From: Usitatibacter sp.
GTDB taxonomy: Bacteria > Pseudomonadota > Gammaproteobacteria > Burkholderiales > Usitatibacteraceae
Reading direction: 5' to 3'
Length of the DNA: 64,000 nucleotides
Assembly (NCBI GenBank): GCA_035308545.1
Contig: DATGGI010000161.1
Location: 482-64,481 of the forward strand
The translations under genes and the position numbers were made by a program. Shown here piece by piece: positions 33,939-42,761 of this stretch. The stretch's first letter is position 1; each line of letters starts with the position of its first letter. Under the pieces are notes generated by a model. That model was given only the letters and a program-made list of their open reading frames with translations. It did no database searches and had not been told where the DNA came from.

Positions 33939-35258
33939 ATGAGAAGGACACTGCTCGCGACGCTCGTCGCATCGACGTTCGCGACCGCCGCGAACGCAAC
34001 CGATCCCGCGGATCTCGAGAGGCGCGTGGATCAATTGTCGGGCGAGATCGCCGCGCTCAAGGCGGAGATCGCGCGCATGAAAGCGGAGAAGGCCACGGCG
34101 CCGGTTCCCGCTGCGGCCGCCACCCCTGCCGCCGTGCCCGCGAAGCCCGCGGCCATCGACATCGCGCGAGCCACCGGCGAAGCACCGAAGATGTACGAGG
34201 AAGCGGAGAAGACCACGTTCTTCGGTTATGGCGAGCTCAACTACTACCGACCGACGCACGACACCAGCAACACGACGGCGGACGCCGCGCGCGTCGTGCT
34301 GGGCTTCGAGCACCGGTGGAACGACCGCACGCGCCTCGTGACCGAGCTCGAATGGGAACACGCCGTGACTTCGTTCGACGACCAGGGCGAGTCCGAGGTC
34401 GAGCAGGCGTACGTCGAGTACCAGGTCAACCAGAACCTGTCGACGAAAATGGGGCTTTTCCTGATCCCCGTGGGATTGCTGAACGAGCATCACGAGCCCA
34501 CGCAGTACTACGGCGTCGCGCGCAATTTCGTCGAGACGGCGATCATCCCCACCACGTGGCGCGAGGGCGGATTGCTGCTCCACGGCAATCTCGACTCGGG
34601 GCTTTCGTGGGACGCGGGCATCAGCACCGGCTTCGACCTCTCCAAGTGGGACGCCACTTCGGCGGACGGCCGGGAGTCGCCGCTGGGCTCGATCCACCAG
34701 GAGCTGCAGCTCGCGAAGGCCAAGGATCTCTCCGGCTTCGGCGCGCTCAACTATCGCGGGGTGCCGGGCCTGCTCGTGGGCGCGAGCATCTTCAGCGGCG
34801 GCGCGGCGCAGGGCACTCCGGATTTCCCGTCGCCCGATGCGCGCGTCACGCTCTGGGACGTGCATGCGCGCTGGACACCTGGCGCCTGGGATTTCGCGGC
34901 GCTCTATACACGCGGCCACATCTCCGATACGGCCGCATTCAATCTCACCCTCGTGGGCAATCCCACGCTCGTGCCCGAGGACTTCTTCGGCTGGTATGTT
35001 TCCGGCGCGTACAAGTTGTGGAGCAAGGACGAGATGTCGCTCACGCCCTTCGCGCGCTACGAGCGGTACAACACGGGCTGGAAGTACGCGACGCTGCCCG
35101 CGGGGCTCACGCCGGATGCATTGCCGACCGAGGGCGTGTGGACCGGTGGCGTGAACTTCAATCTCAACCCGAGTGTCGTGATCAAGATGGACTACCAGAA
35201 GTTCAAGGAAGACACGACGCGGGACCGATTCGACCTGGGAGTGGGTTACCAGTTCTGA
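33939..35258 (+). CDS. outer-membrane porin-like beta-barrel protein
   Basis: AGGAG RBS lies 8 nt upstream of ATG 33939. Signal peptide (TAANA-TD), a short coiled coil (LSGEIAALKAEIARMKAEK), alternating beta-strand pattern, and a terminal aromatic residue (GVGYQF). Confidence 0.7.
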   Translation: MRRTLLATLVASTFATAANATDPADLERRVDQLSGEIAALKAEIARMKAEKATAPVPAAAATPAAVPAKPAAIDIARATGEAPKMYEEAEKTTFFGYGELNYYRPTHDTSNTTADAARVVLGFEHRWNDRTRLVTELEWEHAVTSFDDQGESEVEQAYVEYQVNQNLSTKMGLFLIPVGLLNEHHEPTQYYGVARNFVETAIIPTTWREGGLLLHGNLDSGLSWDAGISTGFDLSKWDATSADGRESPLGSIHQELQLAKAKDLSGFGALNYRGVPGLLVGASIFSGGAAQGTPDFPSPDARVTLWDVHARWTPGAWDFAALYTRGHISDTAAFNLTLVGNPTLVPEDFFGWYVSGAYKLWSKDEMSLTPFARYERYNTGWKYATLPAGLTPDALPTEGVWTGGVNFNLNPSVVIKMDYQKFKEDTTRDRFDLGVGYQF

Positions 35259-35803
35259 TGCCACGCCGCCTCGACAGCTCCGCCTGGTTCCTCGTGCCCG
35301 TCGCGCTGGTCGCGGCCGCGCCCGCGGGTGCGATGCAGTACCTTAAGGTGGAAGATGCGCGCAAGCTCGCGTTTCCGCAGGCCGACGCTTTCGAGCCGTA
35401 TGCGTACGCGCCGACCACCGAGCAGCGCGCGGCCATCGACAGGGCGGCCCACGCGCGCGCGACCGTGGGCGACCCGATGATCTGGCGCGTGAGCGCCGCG
35501 GGGCAGCCCGCCGGATGGTTCATCGTCGACAACGTGATCGGCAAGGTCGAACGCATCACCTACGCGGTGGCGCTGGGACGCGACGGCACCGTGCGCTCCA
35601 TCGAGATCCTCGACTACCGCGAGACCCACGGCTACGAGGTGCGCAATCCCGCGTGGCGGCGGCAGTTCGAGGGCAAGAGCGCGCGCGCGCCCCTCGAGCT
35701 CGGCGATGACATCAAGAACATCAGCGGAGCGACGCTCTCGTGCCGGCATCTCACCGATGGCGTGCGCCGCCTGCTCGAGATCCACGACGTGGTGCTCAAA
35801 TGA
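35258..35803 (+). CDS. exported FMN-binding domain protein (NosR/NqrC/RnfG-type FMN_bind)
   Basis: ATG 35258 shares one nt with the porin stop (TGATG). N-terminal signal MPRRLDSSAWFLVPVALVAAAPAGA. The flavinylation motif D-x-x-x-x-S-G-A-T is present (DDIKNISGATLS). Confidence 0.75.
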   Translation: MPRRLDSSAWFLVPVALVAAAPAGAMQYLKVEDARKLAFPQADAFEPYAYAPTTEQRAAIDRAAHARATVGDPMIWRVSAAGQPAGWFIVDNVIGKVERITYAVALGRDGTVRSIEILDYRETHGYEVRNPAWRRQFEGKSARAPLELGDDIKNISGATLSCRHLTDGVRRLLEIHDVVLK

Positions 35804-36597
35804 ATCTCCACCGGCGCGCCCGCCCCCTGCTCGGCACGTTCGTCGAGATCTCGTGCCGCGGCGAGGCATCGCGCTGCCTGCCCGCGATCGAGGCCGCGTT
35901 CGATGCGATCGCCCGCGTGCACGCGTTGATGAGCCCGCACGAGAAGGGCAGCGACCTTTGGCGCATGAACGAGGGCGCGCACCGCGCTCCTGTCCGGGTC
36001 GACGCCGAAACCACGTACGTGCTCGAAACGGCACTCGCGCTCCATCGCGAATCGGGCGGAGCGTTCGACGTCGCGGCGGGCTCGCGCGGAACGAGCGGCG
36101 ACATCCGCCTGCTCTCCGGAAACCGCGTGCGCTATTCGTGGCCGATGCGCGTCGACCTGGGCGGCATCGCGAAGGGCTACGCCGTGGATCGCGCGATCGC
36201 GGAGCTCGCGGCGCGGGGCGTCACGCGGGCGACCGTCAATGCCGGCGGAGACCTTCGCGTGCTGGGCGACGATGCGGAGCTGATCCACCTGCGCGACCCC
36301 GGCGCGCCCGCGCGCCTGCATCCCGCGCTCACGCTCGCGAGCGGCGCCATGGCGACGAGCGCCGGATATTTCTCGCGCGCGATCGTGGATCCGGCGACCG
36401 GCATCGCGAGCGAGGAGCGCGACAGCGCGAGCGTCGTCGCTCCCACCGCGATGCTCGCCGACGCGCTCGCGAAAATCGTCCTGCTGCGCGGCGCGGGGTC
36501 GAGGCCGCTGCTGGAGCGCTACAATGCGCACGCCCTCGTGCTTCGCGCCGCGTCCGGCGCGCTCCTGGCGCGGTGGCTTCCCCAATCGCCGGCCTGA
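35800..36597 (+). CDS. apbE: FAD:protein FMN transferase (ApbE family)
   Basis: ATG 35800 overlaps the upstream stop (ATGA). LLGTFVEI, GGAFD, DLGGIAKGYAVD, NAGGD, AMATSAGY, DPATG and MLADALAK follow the ApbE motif order. No signal peptide is visible. Confidence 0.85.
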   Translation: MNLHRRARPLLGTFVEISCRGEASRCLPAIEAAFDAIARVHALMSPHEKGSDLWRMNEGAHRAPVRVDAETTYVLETALALHRESGGAFDVAAGSRGTSGDIRLLSGNRVRYSWPMRVDLGGIAKGYAVDRAIAELAARGVTRATVNAGGDLRVLGDDAELIHLRDPGAPARLHPALTLASGAMATSAGYFSRAIVDPATGIASEERDSASVVAPTAMLADALAKIVLLRGAGSRPLLERYNAHALVLRAASGALLARWLPQSPA

Positions 36598-36600
36598 ACC

Positions 36601-37080
36601 ATGTCGAAATCCCACCAGCGCGCCGTCGAACTGCTGAGCGAGAAGATCGCCCTCGGGACGCGGCACCGGCGCTGGCTCTATGCGGCGCTCGCCTTCGCAT
36701 GGGCGACGGGCGCGCTCTGGGTCTTCGCGCACTTCGCCCTCACGGCGAACGCCGACGGCGAATCGCTGCGTCATCCGCTCGAGGCGTGGTCGCTCAAGCT
36801 GCATGGCGCCGCCGCGTTCGCCTTCCTGGTCGCGCTGGGATCGATGTTCGCGCAGCACATTCCGCGCGCCTGGTACCTGCGGCGCAACGTCGCTTCCGGA
36901 ATTGCGACGCTCGCCCTCGCCGCCTTCCTCGTGGCGACCGGCTACGCGCTCTACTACTTCGCCCTCGACGACGCCCACGCGATCGTGAGCACGCTGCACT
37001 GGACGGTGGGACTCGCCGCCATCGCGCTCTTCTGGATCCACGTCGCGATGGGCCGCCGCGATTCGGGCCGCGCCGCGTGA
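36601..37080 (+). CDS. small 4-TM membrane protein with conserved-looking histidines (possible b-type cytochrome, DUF4405-like)
   Basis: 159 aa, 4 predicted TM helices. His residues lie in or near the helices (FAHF, KLHGAAAF, AQHI, LHWTVG, WIHV). The start is 3 nt after the apbE stop. Confidence 0.6.
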   Translation: MSKSHQRAVELLSEKIALGTRHRRWLYAALAFAWATGALWVFAHFALTANADGESLRHPLEAWSLKLHGAAAFAFLVALGSMFAQHIPRAWYLRRNVASGIATLALAAFLVATGYALYYFALDDAHAIVSTLHWTVGLAAIALFWIHVAMGRRDSGRAA

Positions 37081-37081
37081 A

Positions 37082-38590
37082 TCAGCGCAACAGGTAGACC
37101 AGGGCGAGGCCCGCCAGCACGATCGCGATCGCGGCGAGCACCCGCGTCTGCCGCACCTGCGCCGCCTCGAGGCGTTCGATGGCGGCTTCGAGCCGGCGCG
37201 TCGTATCGTCGCCGAGGATCCGGTGCACGAGGCGCGGGACCTGCGGCAGCGTCGCGGTCCACAGGGGCGCTTCCTCGCGCAGGTGCCGCAGCAATCCGCG
37301 AAATCCCGACTGCTCGCTCATGAAGCGCTCGAGGATCGGCTGCGCGACCGAGCGCAGGTCGAGGTTCGGATCGAGCTGCCGCCCGAGGCCTTCCACCTGC
37401 AGGATCGTCTTCATGAGGAGCATCAGCTGCGGCTGCACTTGCATGCCGTAACGCCGTCCCACCTCGAAGAGGCGCACGAGGAGCTTGCCGAAGTAGATCT
37501 CCTTCAGCGGCCTGTCGAAGATCGGCTCGCACAGCGACCTCAGCGCGCCCTCGAATTCGGTGACGCGCGTGCCCTTGGGCACCCAGCCCGCGTCCACGTG
37601 GGCCTGCGCGGCCTTGCGATAGTCCCGCTCGAAGAACGCGCGCATGTTGGTGGCGAGGTAGTTGCGGTCCTCGTCGGAGAGCGTGCCCATGATGCCGAAG
37701 TCCACGCCGCAGTAGCGCCCGTCGCGCGCCACGAGGATGTTTCCCGGGTGCATGTCGGCATGGAAGAAGCCGTCGCGGAAGACCTGCGTGTAGAAGATCT
37801 CGACGCCGTCGCGCGCGAGCTTCGGGATGTCGACGCCGGCCGCGACGAGCTCGGCCTTCGCGTTCACCGGAATTCCGTCCACGCGCTCCATCACCATCAC
37901 GTCGCGATGGCACCAGTCCCAGCGGACCTCGGGAACCAGGAGTAGCCGCCCATCGGCGAAGTTGCGCCGGAGCTGGCTCGCGTTGGCCGCCTCGCTCATG
38001 AGGTCGAGCTCGTTCGCGACTGTGTGCTCGAATTCCGCCACCACCTCGCGCGGGCGAAGGCGCGTGCCCGACTCGAAGGTGCGCTCGACGAATCCGGCGA
38101 GCCGGTAGAGCAGCGCCACGTCCTTCGCGATCACCTCGCGGATGCCGGGGCGCAGCACCTTCACGGCCACCTCGCGCCCATCGGGCAGCGTCGCGAAATG
38201 GACCTGCGCGACCGAGGCGCTCGCCACGGGAACCGGGTCGATCGCGCGGAACATCTGCGCGTGCGGCCGGGAATAGGCGCGATCGAGCGTTTCCGAAATG
38301 TCCTTCCAGTCGACCGGCGCGACGCGATCCTGCAGGAGCGCGAGCTCCGCGGCGATGTCCTCGGGAATCAGGTCGGGCCGCACCGACAGGAGCTGGCCGA
38401 ATTTCACGAACACCGGGCCCAGGGACTGGAACGCGAGGCGCAGCCGCGCGCCGCGAGGGCCCGGCACGCGCGCACCGGCGCCGATGCATCGCAATGCGAT
38501 ACGTCCGGGCCATGCGCCGGGCGGCAGGAATTCGTCGAGCCCGTGGGTACCGAAGACTCGGAGGATCCGGAGGAAGCGCGTGGACTGCAT
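37082..38590 (-). CDS. ubiB: ubiquinone biosynthesis regulatory kinase UbiB (ABC1/ADCK family)
   Basis: 502 aa. FVKFGQLLSVRPD, ASVAQVHFA, HADMHPGNILV, DFG, and two C-terminal TM helices. Confidence 0.85.
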   Translation of the reverse strand: MQSTRFLRILRVFGTHGLDEFLPPGAWPGRIALRCIGAGARVPGPRGARLRLAFQSLGPVFVKFGQLLSVRPDLIPEDIAAELALLQDRVAPVDWKDISETLDRAYSRPHAQMFRAIDPVPVASASVAQVHFATLPDGREVAVKVLRPGIREVIAKDVALLYRLAGFVERTFESGTRLRPREVVAEFEHTVANELDLMSEAANASQLRRNFADGRLLLVPEVRWDWCHRDVMVMERVDGIPVNAKAELVAAGVDIPKLARDGVEIFYTQVFRDGFFHADMHPGNILVARDGRYCGVDFGIMGTLSDEDRNYLATNMRAFFERDYRKAAQAHVDAGWVPKGTRVTEFEGALRSLCEPIFDRPLKEIYFGKLLVRLFEVGRRYGMQVQPQLMLLMKTILQVEGLGRQLDPNLDLRSVAQPILERFMSEQSGFRGLLRHLREEAPLWTATLPQVPRLVHRILGDDTTRRLEAAIERLEAAQVRQTRVLAAIAIVLAGLALVYLLR

Positions 38591-38607
38591 GAAAGGCCGA
38601 TTCTAGA

Positions 38608-38640
38608 GGGTTACGGGAGGGTTACGAGGGGTTACGGGTG
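38608..38640. repeat. three tandem copies of GGGTTACG(R)G in the ubiB / phosphatase divergent intergenic region
   Basis: gggttacggga gggttacgag gggttacgggtg, read directly at 38608-38640. Confidence 0.8.
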
Positions 38641-38723
38641 TAATTCCTGCTTTATCAGTGTTCGATGATATTCTCGACTCGCCCACGAGGGGATACGTGG
38701 GAACGCTGAAGCGAGGGAGTGCG

Positions 38724-39314
38724 ATGAGTTACCTGGCCGACAGGCCGTTCACGCTCTACTTTGTCCGCCACGGCATCACGGAGCCCAACTTCAGGGGCTT
38801 CCGCTGCGGCGGCGACCTGGACCTTCCGATGATGGACATCGGCTGCGACCAGGCGTACCTGCTCGCCAAGCAAATCGAGAAGATGCATCTTCGGATCGGC
38901 GTGATCATCGCCGGTTCCCTCATTCGCACGCGCCAGACCGCCTCGATCATCAGCGGCGTGCTGGGCACGGTTCCCGTCGAGATCGAGCCGCTCTTCAACG
39001 AACGCAAGCTGGGCCAATGGAACAACCGGCCCATCGCGGAGACCGAGGAGCAGCTGCAGAAACGCGTCACGCCGCCGGGCGGCGAATCGGAAGAACAGTT
39101 CGAGGCGCGCATCGCGCTCGCGCTGGAGCACCTGCGCCCGCTGCTGGACCGGCGCCCGCTCGTCGTGAGCAGCAAGGGCGTTGGGCGCGTGATGAACAAC
39201 CTGCTCGGGGGCACCGAGCGAATGACTGTCGGCAACGGCGAGATCGTCGAGTTCGCCGTCGCGCCGCACTCCGGCACCGCGGCCCTTCGCGTCACCCGCC
39301 CGCACCAGGCCTGA
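38724..39314 (+). CDS. histidine phosphatase (phosphoglycerate mutase-like) family protein
   Basis: ATG 38724 lies 5 nt after GAGGGAG. The catalytic RHG motif is present (LYFVRHGITE). About 196 aa. Confidence 0.75.
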   Translation: MSYLADRPFTLYFVRHGITEPNFRGFRCGGDLDLPMMDIGCDQAYLLAKQIEKMHLRIGVIIAGSLIRTRQTASIISGVLGTVPVEIEPLFNERKLGQWNNRPIAETEEQLQKRVTPPGGESEEQFEARIALALEHLRPLLDRRPLVVSSKGVGRVMNNLLGGTERMTVGNGEIVEFAVAPHSGTAALRVTRPHQA

Positions 39315-39315
39315 C

Positions 39316-40434
39316 ATGTCCGCGCGCGCCAAGCCGCAGGTCGACGCGCGCCGCAAGCGGCACGGCCCCGATTGGGAGCCCCCGATTCCCGGCGCCCGCC
39401 GCGTCCTCAAGACGTGGGACGAATACATGTCGATGGCCCGGCGCATCATCGAGCGCTTCGACCACCAGTTCGACCTGAGGCACTTCGACTACATCCATCC
39501 GGTGCGCCTGCAGAAGTCCGCGAAGCGCTTCCGCAAGCCCTATCCCGTGAAGGTCGCCTACGCGGACTGGGGCGATCCCCAGGCGCCGATCGTGGTGTGC
39601 GTGGGCGGCGTGGCCAATACCGCGATGCGCTTCAACTACCTCGCCGCGGATCTCGAGAGCCACTTCCGCGTGGTCTGCATGGATTGGGTGGGACGCGGGC
39701 GCTCGGGCTGGATGTCGGACCAGGGCGACTACTCGCTCTCGACCTACGTGGAGCAGCTGCGCCAGCTCATCGCGCACCTCGGCGGCGGTCCCGTGATCCT
39801 GCTGGGTTCTTCGATGGGCGGCAGCGCCGCGATCGAGCTCACGGCGAAACACCCGGAACTCGTGGCCAAGCTGATCCTGAACGACATCGGCCCGTTCATG
39901 CCGAAAGCGCGGCGCAAGCGCCGCTCCGCGACGCTCGCGCGGTACTACGTTTTCCGCGAGCCCTCGGACCTGCTGCGCAAGATCGGCGCCTCGCAGAAGA
40001 ACGACGGGCCCGTTTCCGACGACATCCGCTTCAACGTGACCTTCCACCAGACGCGCTGGTCCGACGAGGAAGGCGGCCGCGTCTATCGCCACGACGTGCG
40101 CGCGCTGCAGGCCTACCGCGGGGACGCGCAGGAGAGCCTCGACCAGTGGCACCTGTGGAGGCGCGTGCACTGCCCGATCCTGCTCATTCACGGAATGATG
40201 TCGGACGCGCTGCTGCCGGGGACGATCAAGCGCATGAAGGAAAAGCACGTGGTGACCGTGATGCACGTGCCCGACACCGGACACACGCCGGTGCTCTCGG
40301 ACCGGAACCAGAACTGGTTCATCCACGAGTGGCTCATGGGCCGCAGCCCTTCGCGCGAATGGACCGTGCTGCATGCGCGCCTGCGCGACGAGCCGGAAGC
40401 GAAGCCGCCGCCCATGCGGCTGGTGAAACCCTAG
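39316..40434 (+). CDS. alpha/beta hydrolase
   Basis: 372 aa. Nucleophile elbow GSSMGG, C-terminal His in DTGHTP, and a typical alpha/beta hydrolase_1 layout. Confidence 0.75.
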   Translation: MSARAKPQVDARRKRHGPDWEPPIPGARRVLKTWDEYMSMARRIIERFDHQFDLRHFDYIHPVRLQKSAKRFRKPYPVKVAYADWGDPQAPIVVCVGGVANTAMRFNYLAADLESHFRVVCMDWVGRGRSGWMSDQGDYSLSTYVEQLRQLIAHLGGGPVILLGSSMGGSAAIELTAKHPELVAKLILNDIGPFMPKARRKRRSATLARYYVFREPSDLLRKIGASQKNDGPVSDDIRFNVTFHQTRWSDEEGGRVYRHDVRALQAYRGDAQESLDQWHLWRRVHCPILLIHGMMSDALLPGTIKRMKEKHVVTVMHVPDTGHTPVLSDRNQNWFIHEWLMGRSPSREWTVLHARLRDEPEAKPPPMRLVKP

Positions 40435-42761
40435 GGTTCCTTGTCGAAGCCGATGGACGCGCCGCGTCCCGAGCGCTCGCGCTCGCGCTGGCGCAGCACG
40501 TCGATCATCACGTTGAACGTGCGCGCGAGCTGCCCCACCTCGTCGGCGCTGCGCACCTCGATGTTGGCGTGGTCGTAGTCGCCGTTCTTCAACGCGTTGG
40601 CCGCCTCCGTGAGCCCCTGGATCGGGCGCACGATGGAGCGCGCGAAGATGAGCGCGAGCGCCACGAAGATCACGCCGGCGAGGACCACGCTCACCGCGAC
40701 CTTGTCGAAGAGGCGGTCGAGGGGCGCGGCGAAGTAGTCGCGTGATTCCGAAACGCCCACCGTCCAGTCGTTGAGGGGAACCGGGGCGAGGCCCGCGATC
40801 TCGTTGCGCTTCGTGATCCGCGACCGGTAGGTGACGTGCCCGCGCGCGCGGTTCTGGATCGCATCGCCCAGCTCGGGCTGGTTGATCGTCTCGATCCTGG
40901 GCTTGCGGAAGCGCTGGTCGGCCACGATCTCGGCCATGACCTCCTTCTTGAGCGGCACGACGCTCTTGAAGAGGAAGCGCTCGTCGGGGTGGAACACGAT
41001 CACGCCGTCGCCGTCCACGAGGAAGGGAACGCGGTCTTCGTCGACGCGCGCGGCATCGAGGATCCGCGCGATGGGCTCCGACTTCACGCGCATCACGACG
41101 ACGCCGACCACGGACTGGCTGTGCGCCGCGAACACGGGACGCGAGAAGAACACGCCCGATGCGCCCGCGACCGAGCCCACGACGATGCCCGTCATGTACG
41201 AGTGCCCCTCCATCGCCTGCTTGAAGTACTCGCGGAACTTGAAGTTCTTTCCCGCCACGTCGGGATCGGTCGACACGACGGCGGTCCCGTCGCGATCCAT
41301 GACCATCACGAACTGGATGTCGGAATTGGCGCGCGCGAGGCCCTGGAGCTTCGCGAGCGTCTCCTTGGTGCCCTTGGGCGTGGGATGCGAGAGGTAGTCG
41401 ACGAAATCGTCGTCGGTGCCCACGTAATCGGCGAGGCCGCGCATGTCGGCGATCAGCTGCGAGATGCGCCCCGCCGTGCTCTGGGCGAGCTGCTCGAGGT
41501 TGCGCAGCTCCACGCCCGCCACGTAATCCTGCGCGGCCGCGAGGTTGTAGTACGCGGTGATGATCATGGGCGCGAGCGCCGTCGCCACCATCGCGAGCGT
41601 CATCTTCGCGGCGATCGGCCACGACGCGGGACGCCGCAACGCGCGAGCGAATCCGCCGAGCCGGCCCTTCAACAGCCGCGGCGAGCGAAGCGTCTGCGCC
41701 CAGGTCTGCTCGGCGACCGCGAATCCATGTCCCTCGTCGGTCCTGCGAAGCGCCTCCTGGAGGCCCAGCGCGCCCGCGTGCGAAGCGAACAGCACGGAGC
41801 GCCACTCGGAAACGCTCTGCGGGCGGTCCGAAGGATGCATCTGGAGCGCCCAGTCGATCGCGCGCAGGAATTCGGCGCTGAAGCGGCCGCGCCCCAGCGC
41901 CTCGGCGGTGGGCATCGCCTCGGGATCGTCGAGGCGCGCGGGCGCATCGAGCGGCTTCCTTCCGCTCACGAGCCAGAAGAGCGTGGCCCCCATCGAGTAG
42001 AGGTCCGTCCACGGTCCCTGGCGGCCGCCGCCGGCGTACTGCTCGATCGGCCCATATCCCGGCGTCACGACGAGGCCGATCTCCGATTTCTCCACGGCGG
42101 TCTGGCGCGCGGCGCCGAAGTCGAGCAGCACGAGGCTGCCGTCGCCGTCGCGCACGTAGATGTTGTCGGGCTTGATGTCGCGGTGCAGGTAGCCCGCGCC
42201 GTGGACGACCTCGAGGCCGTCGAGCAGCGGCGCGAGCAGCGACACGATCGTCGCCTCGGGAATGTTCTCGTGGTGCCGGCGGAAGGACTTGAGCGACTGG
42301 CCGCGCTCGTACTCGAGCACCATGTACGCGGTCTTGTTCGCCTCGAAGAACCGCGCCACCCGCACGATGTTGCGGTGCCGGAAGGTCGCGAGCGTGCGCG
42401 CTTCCACGAGGAAGCTGTCCAGCCCGCTCTGGTAGAACTCCTGGTCGAGGTCGTCGCGCGCCGCGACAGTGTGGTCCTGCGTGCGGTAGGCGAATTGCTC
42501 GGGGAGGTATTCCTTGATGACCACCTTCGACGCGAGGTTCACGTCGGTGGCGGCGTACGCGATGCCGAAGCCCCCCTGGCCGAGCACGGCGTCGATGCGG
42601 TACTCGAGGAGGCGGTAGCCCGCGGGAAGGACGAGGCTCGCCGCGGCGGGCTTCGCGTCCAGTGCACGGCGCGGATCGTTTGGCGCCGCGAACGTGCCGT
42701 CGATGACCGTCTTGTCGGCGCTCCCGGCTCCCTCGCCGACCGCCTTATGGCTTTCCGCCAT
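40431..42761 (-). CDS. Hanks-type Ser/Thr protein kinase fused to a TM-flanked extracytoplasmic Cache-like domain and a C-terminal HAMP domain
   Basis: Strong RBS GGGAGGAA before ATG 42761. Kinase motifs GQGGFGIAY, VVIKEY, HRDIKPDNI, DFGAA. Then a TM helix, about 300 aa of Cache-like sensor, a second TM helix, and HAMP (RPIQGLTEAANALKNGDYD...DEVGQLARTFNVM) ending the protein. Confidence 0.85.
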   Translation of the reverse strand: MAESHKAVGEGAGSADKTVIDGTFAAPNDPRRALDAKPAAASLVLPAGYRLLEYRIDAVLGQGGFGIAYAATDVNLASKVVIKEYLPEQFAYRTQDHTVAARDDLDQEFYQSGLDSFLVEARTLATFRHRNIVRVARFFEANKTAYMVLEYERGQSLKSFRRHHENIPEATIVSLLAPLLDGLEVVHGAGYLHRDIKPDNIYVRDGDGSLVLLDFGAARQTAVEKSEIGLVVTPGYGPIEQYAGGGRQGPWTDLYSMGATLFWLVSGRKPLDAPARLDDPEAMPTAEALGRGRFSAEFLRAIDWALQMHPSDRPQSVSEWRSVLFASHAGALGLQEALRRTDEGHGFAVAEQTWAQTLRSPRLLKGRLGGFARALRRPASWPIAAKMTLAMVATALAPMIITAYYNLAAAQDYVAGVELRNLEQLAQSTAGRISQLIADMRGLADYVGTDDDFVDYLSHPTPKGTKETLAKLQGLARANSDIQFVMVMDRDGTAVVSTDPDVAGKNFKFREYFKQAMEGHSYMTGIVVGSVAGASGVFFSRPVFAAHSQSVVGVVVMRVKSEPIARILDAARVDEDRVPFLVDGDGVIVFHPDERFLFKSVVPLKKEVMAEIVADQRFRKPRIETINQPELGDAIQNRARGHVTYRSRITKRNEIAGLAPVPLNDWTVGVSESRDYFAAPLDRLFDKVAVSVVLAGVIFVALALIFARSIVRPIQGLTEAANALKNGDYDHANIEVRSADEVGQLARTFNVMIDVLRQRERERSGRGASIGFDKEP

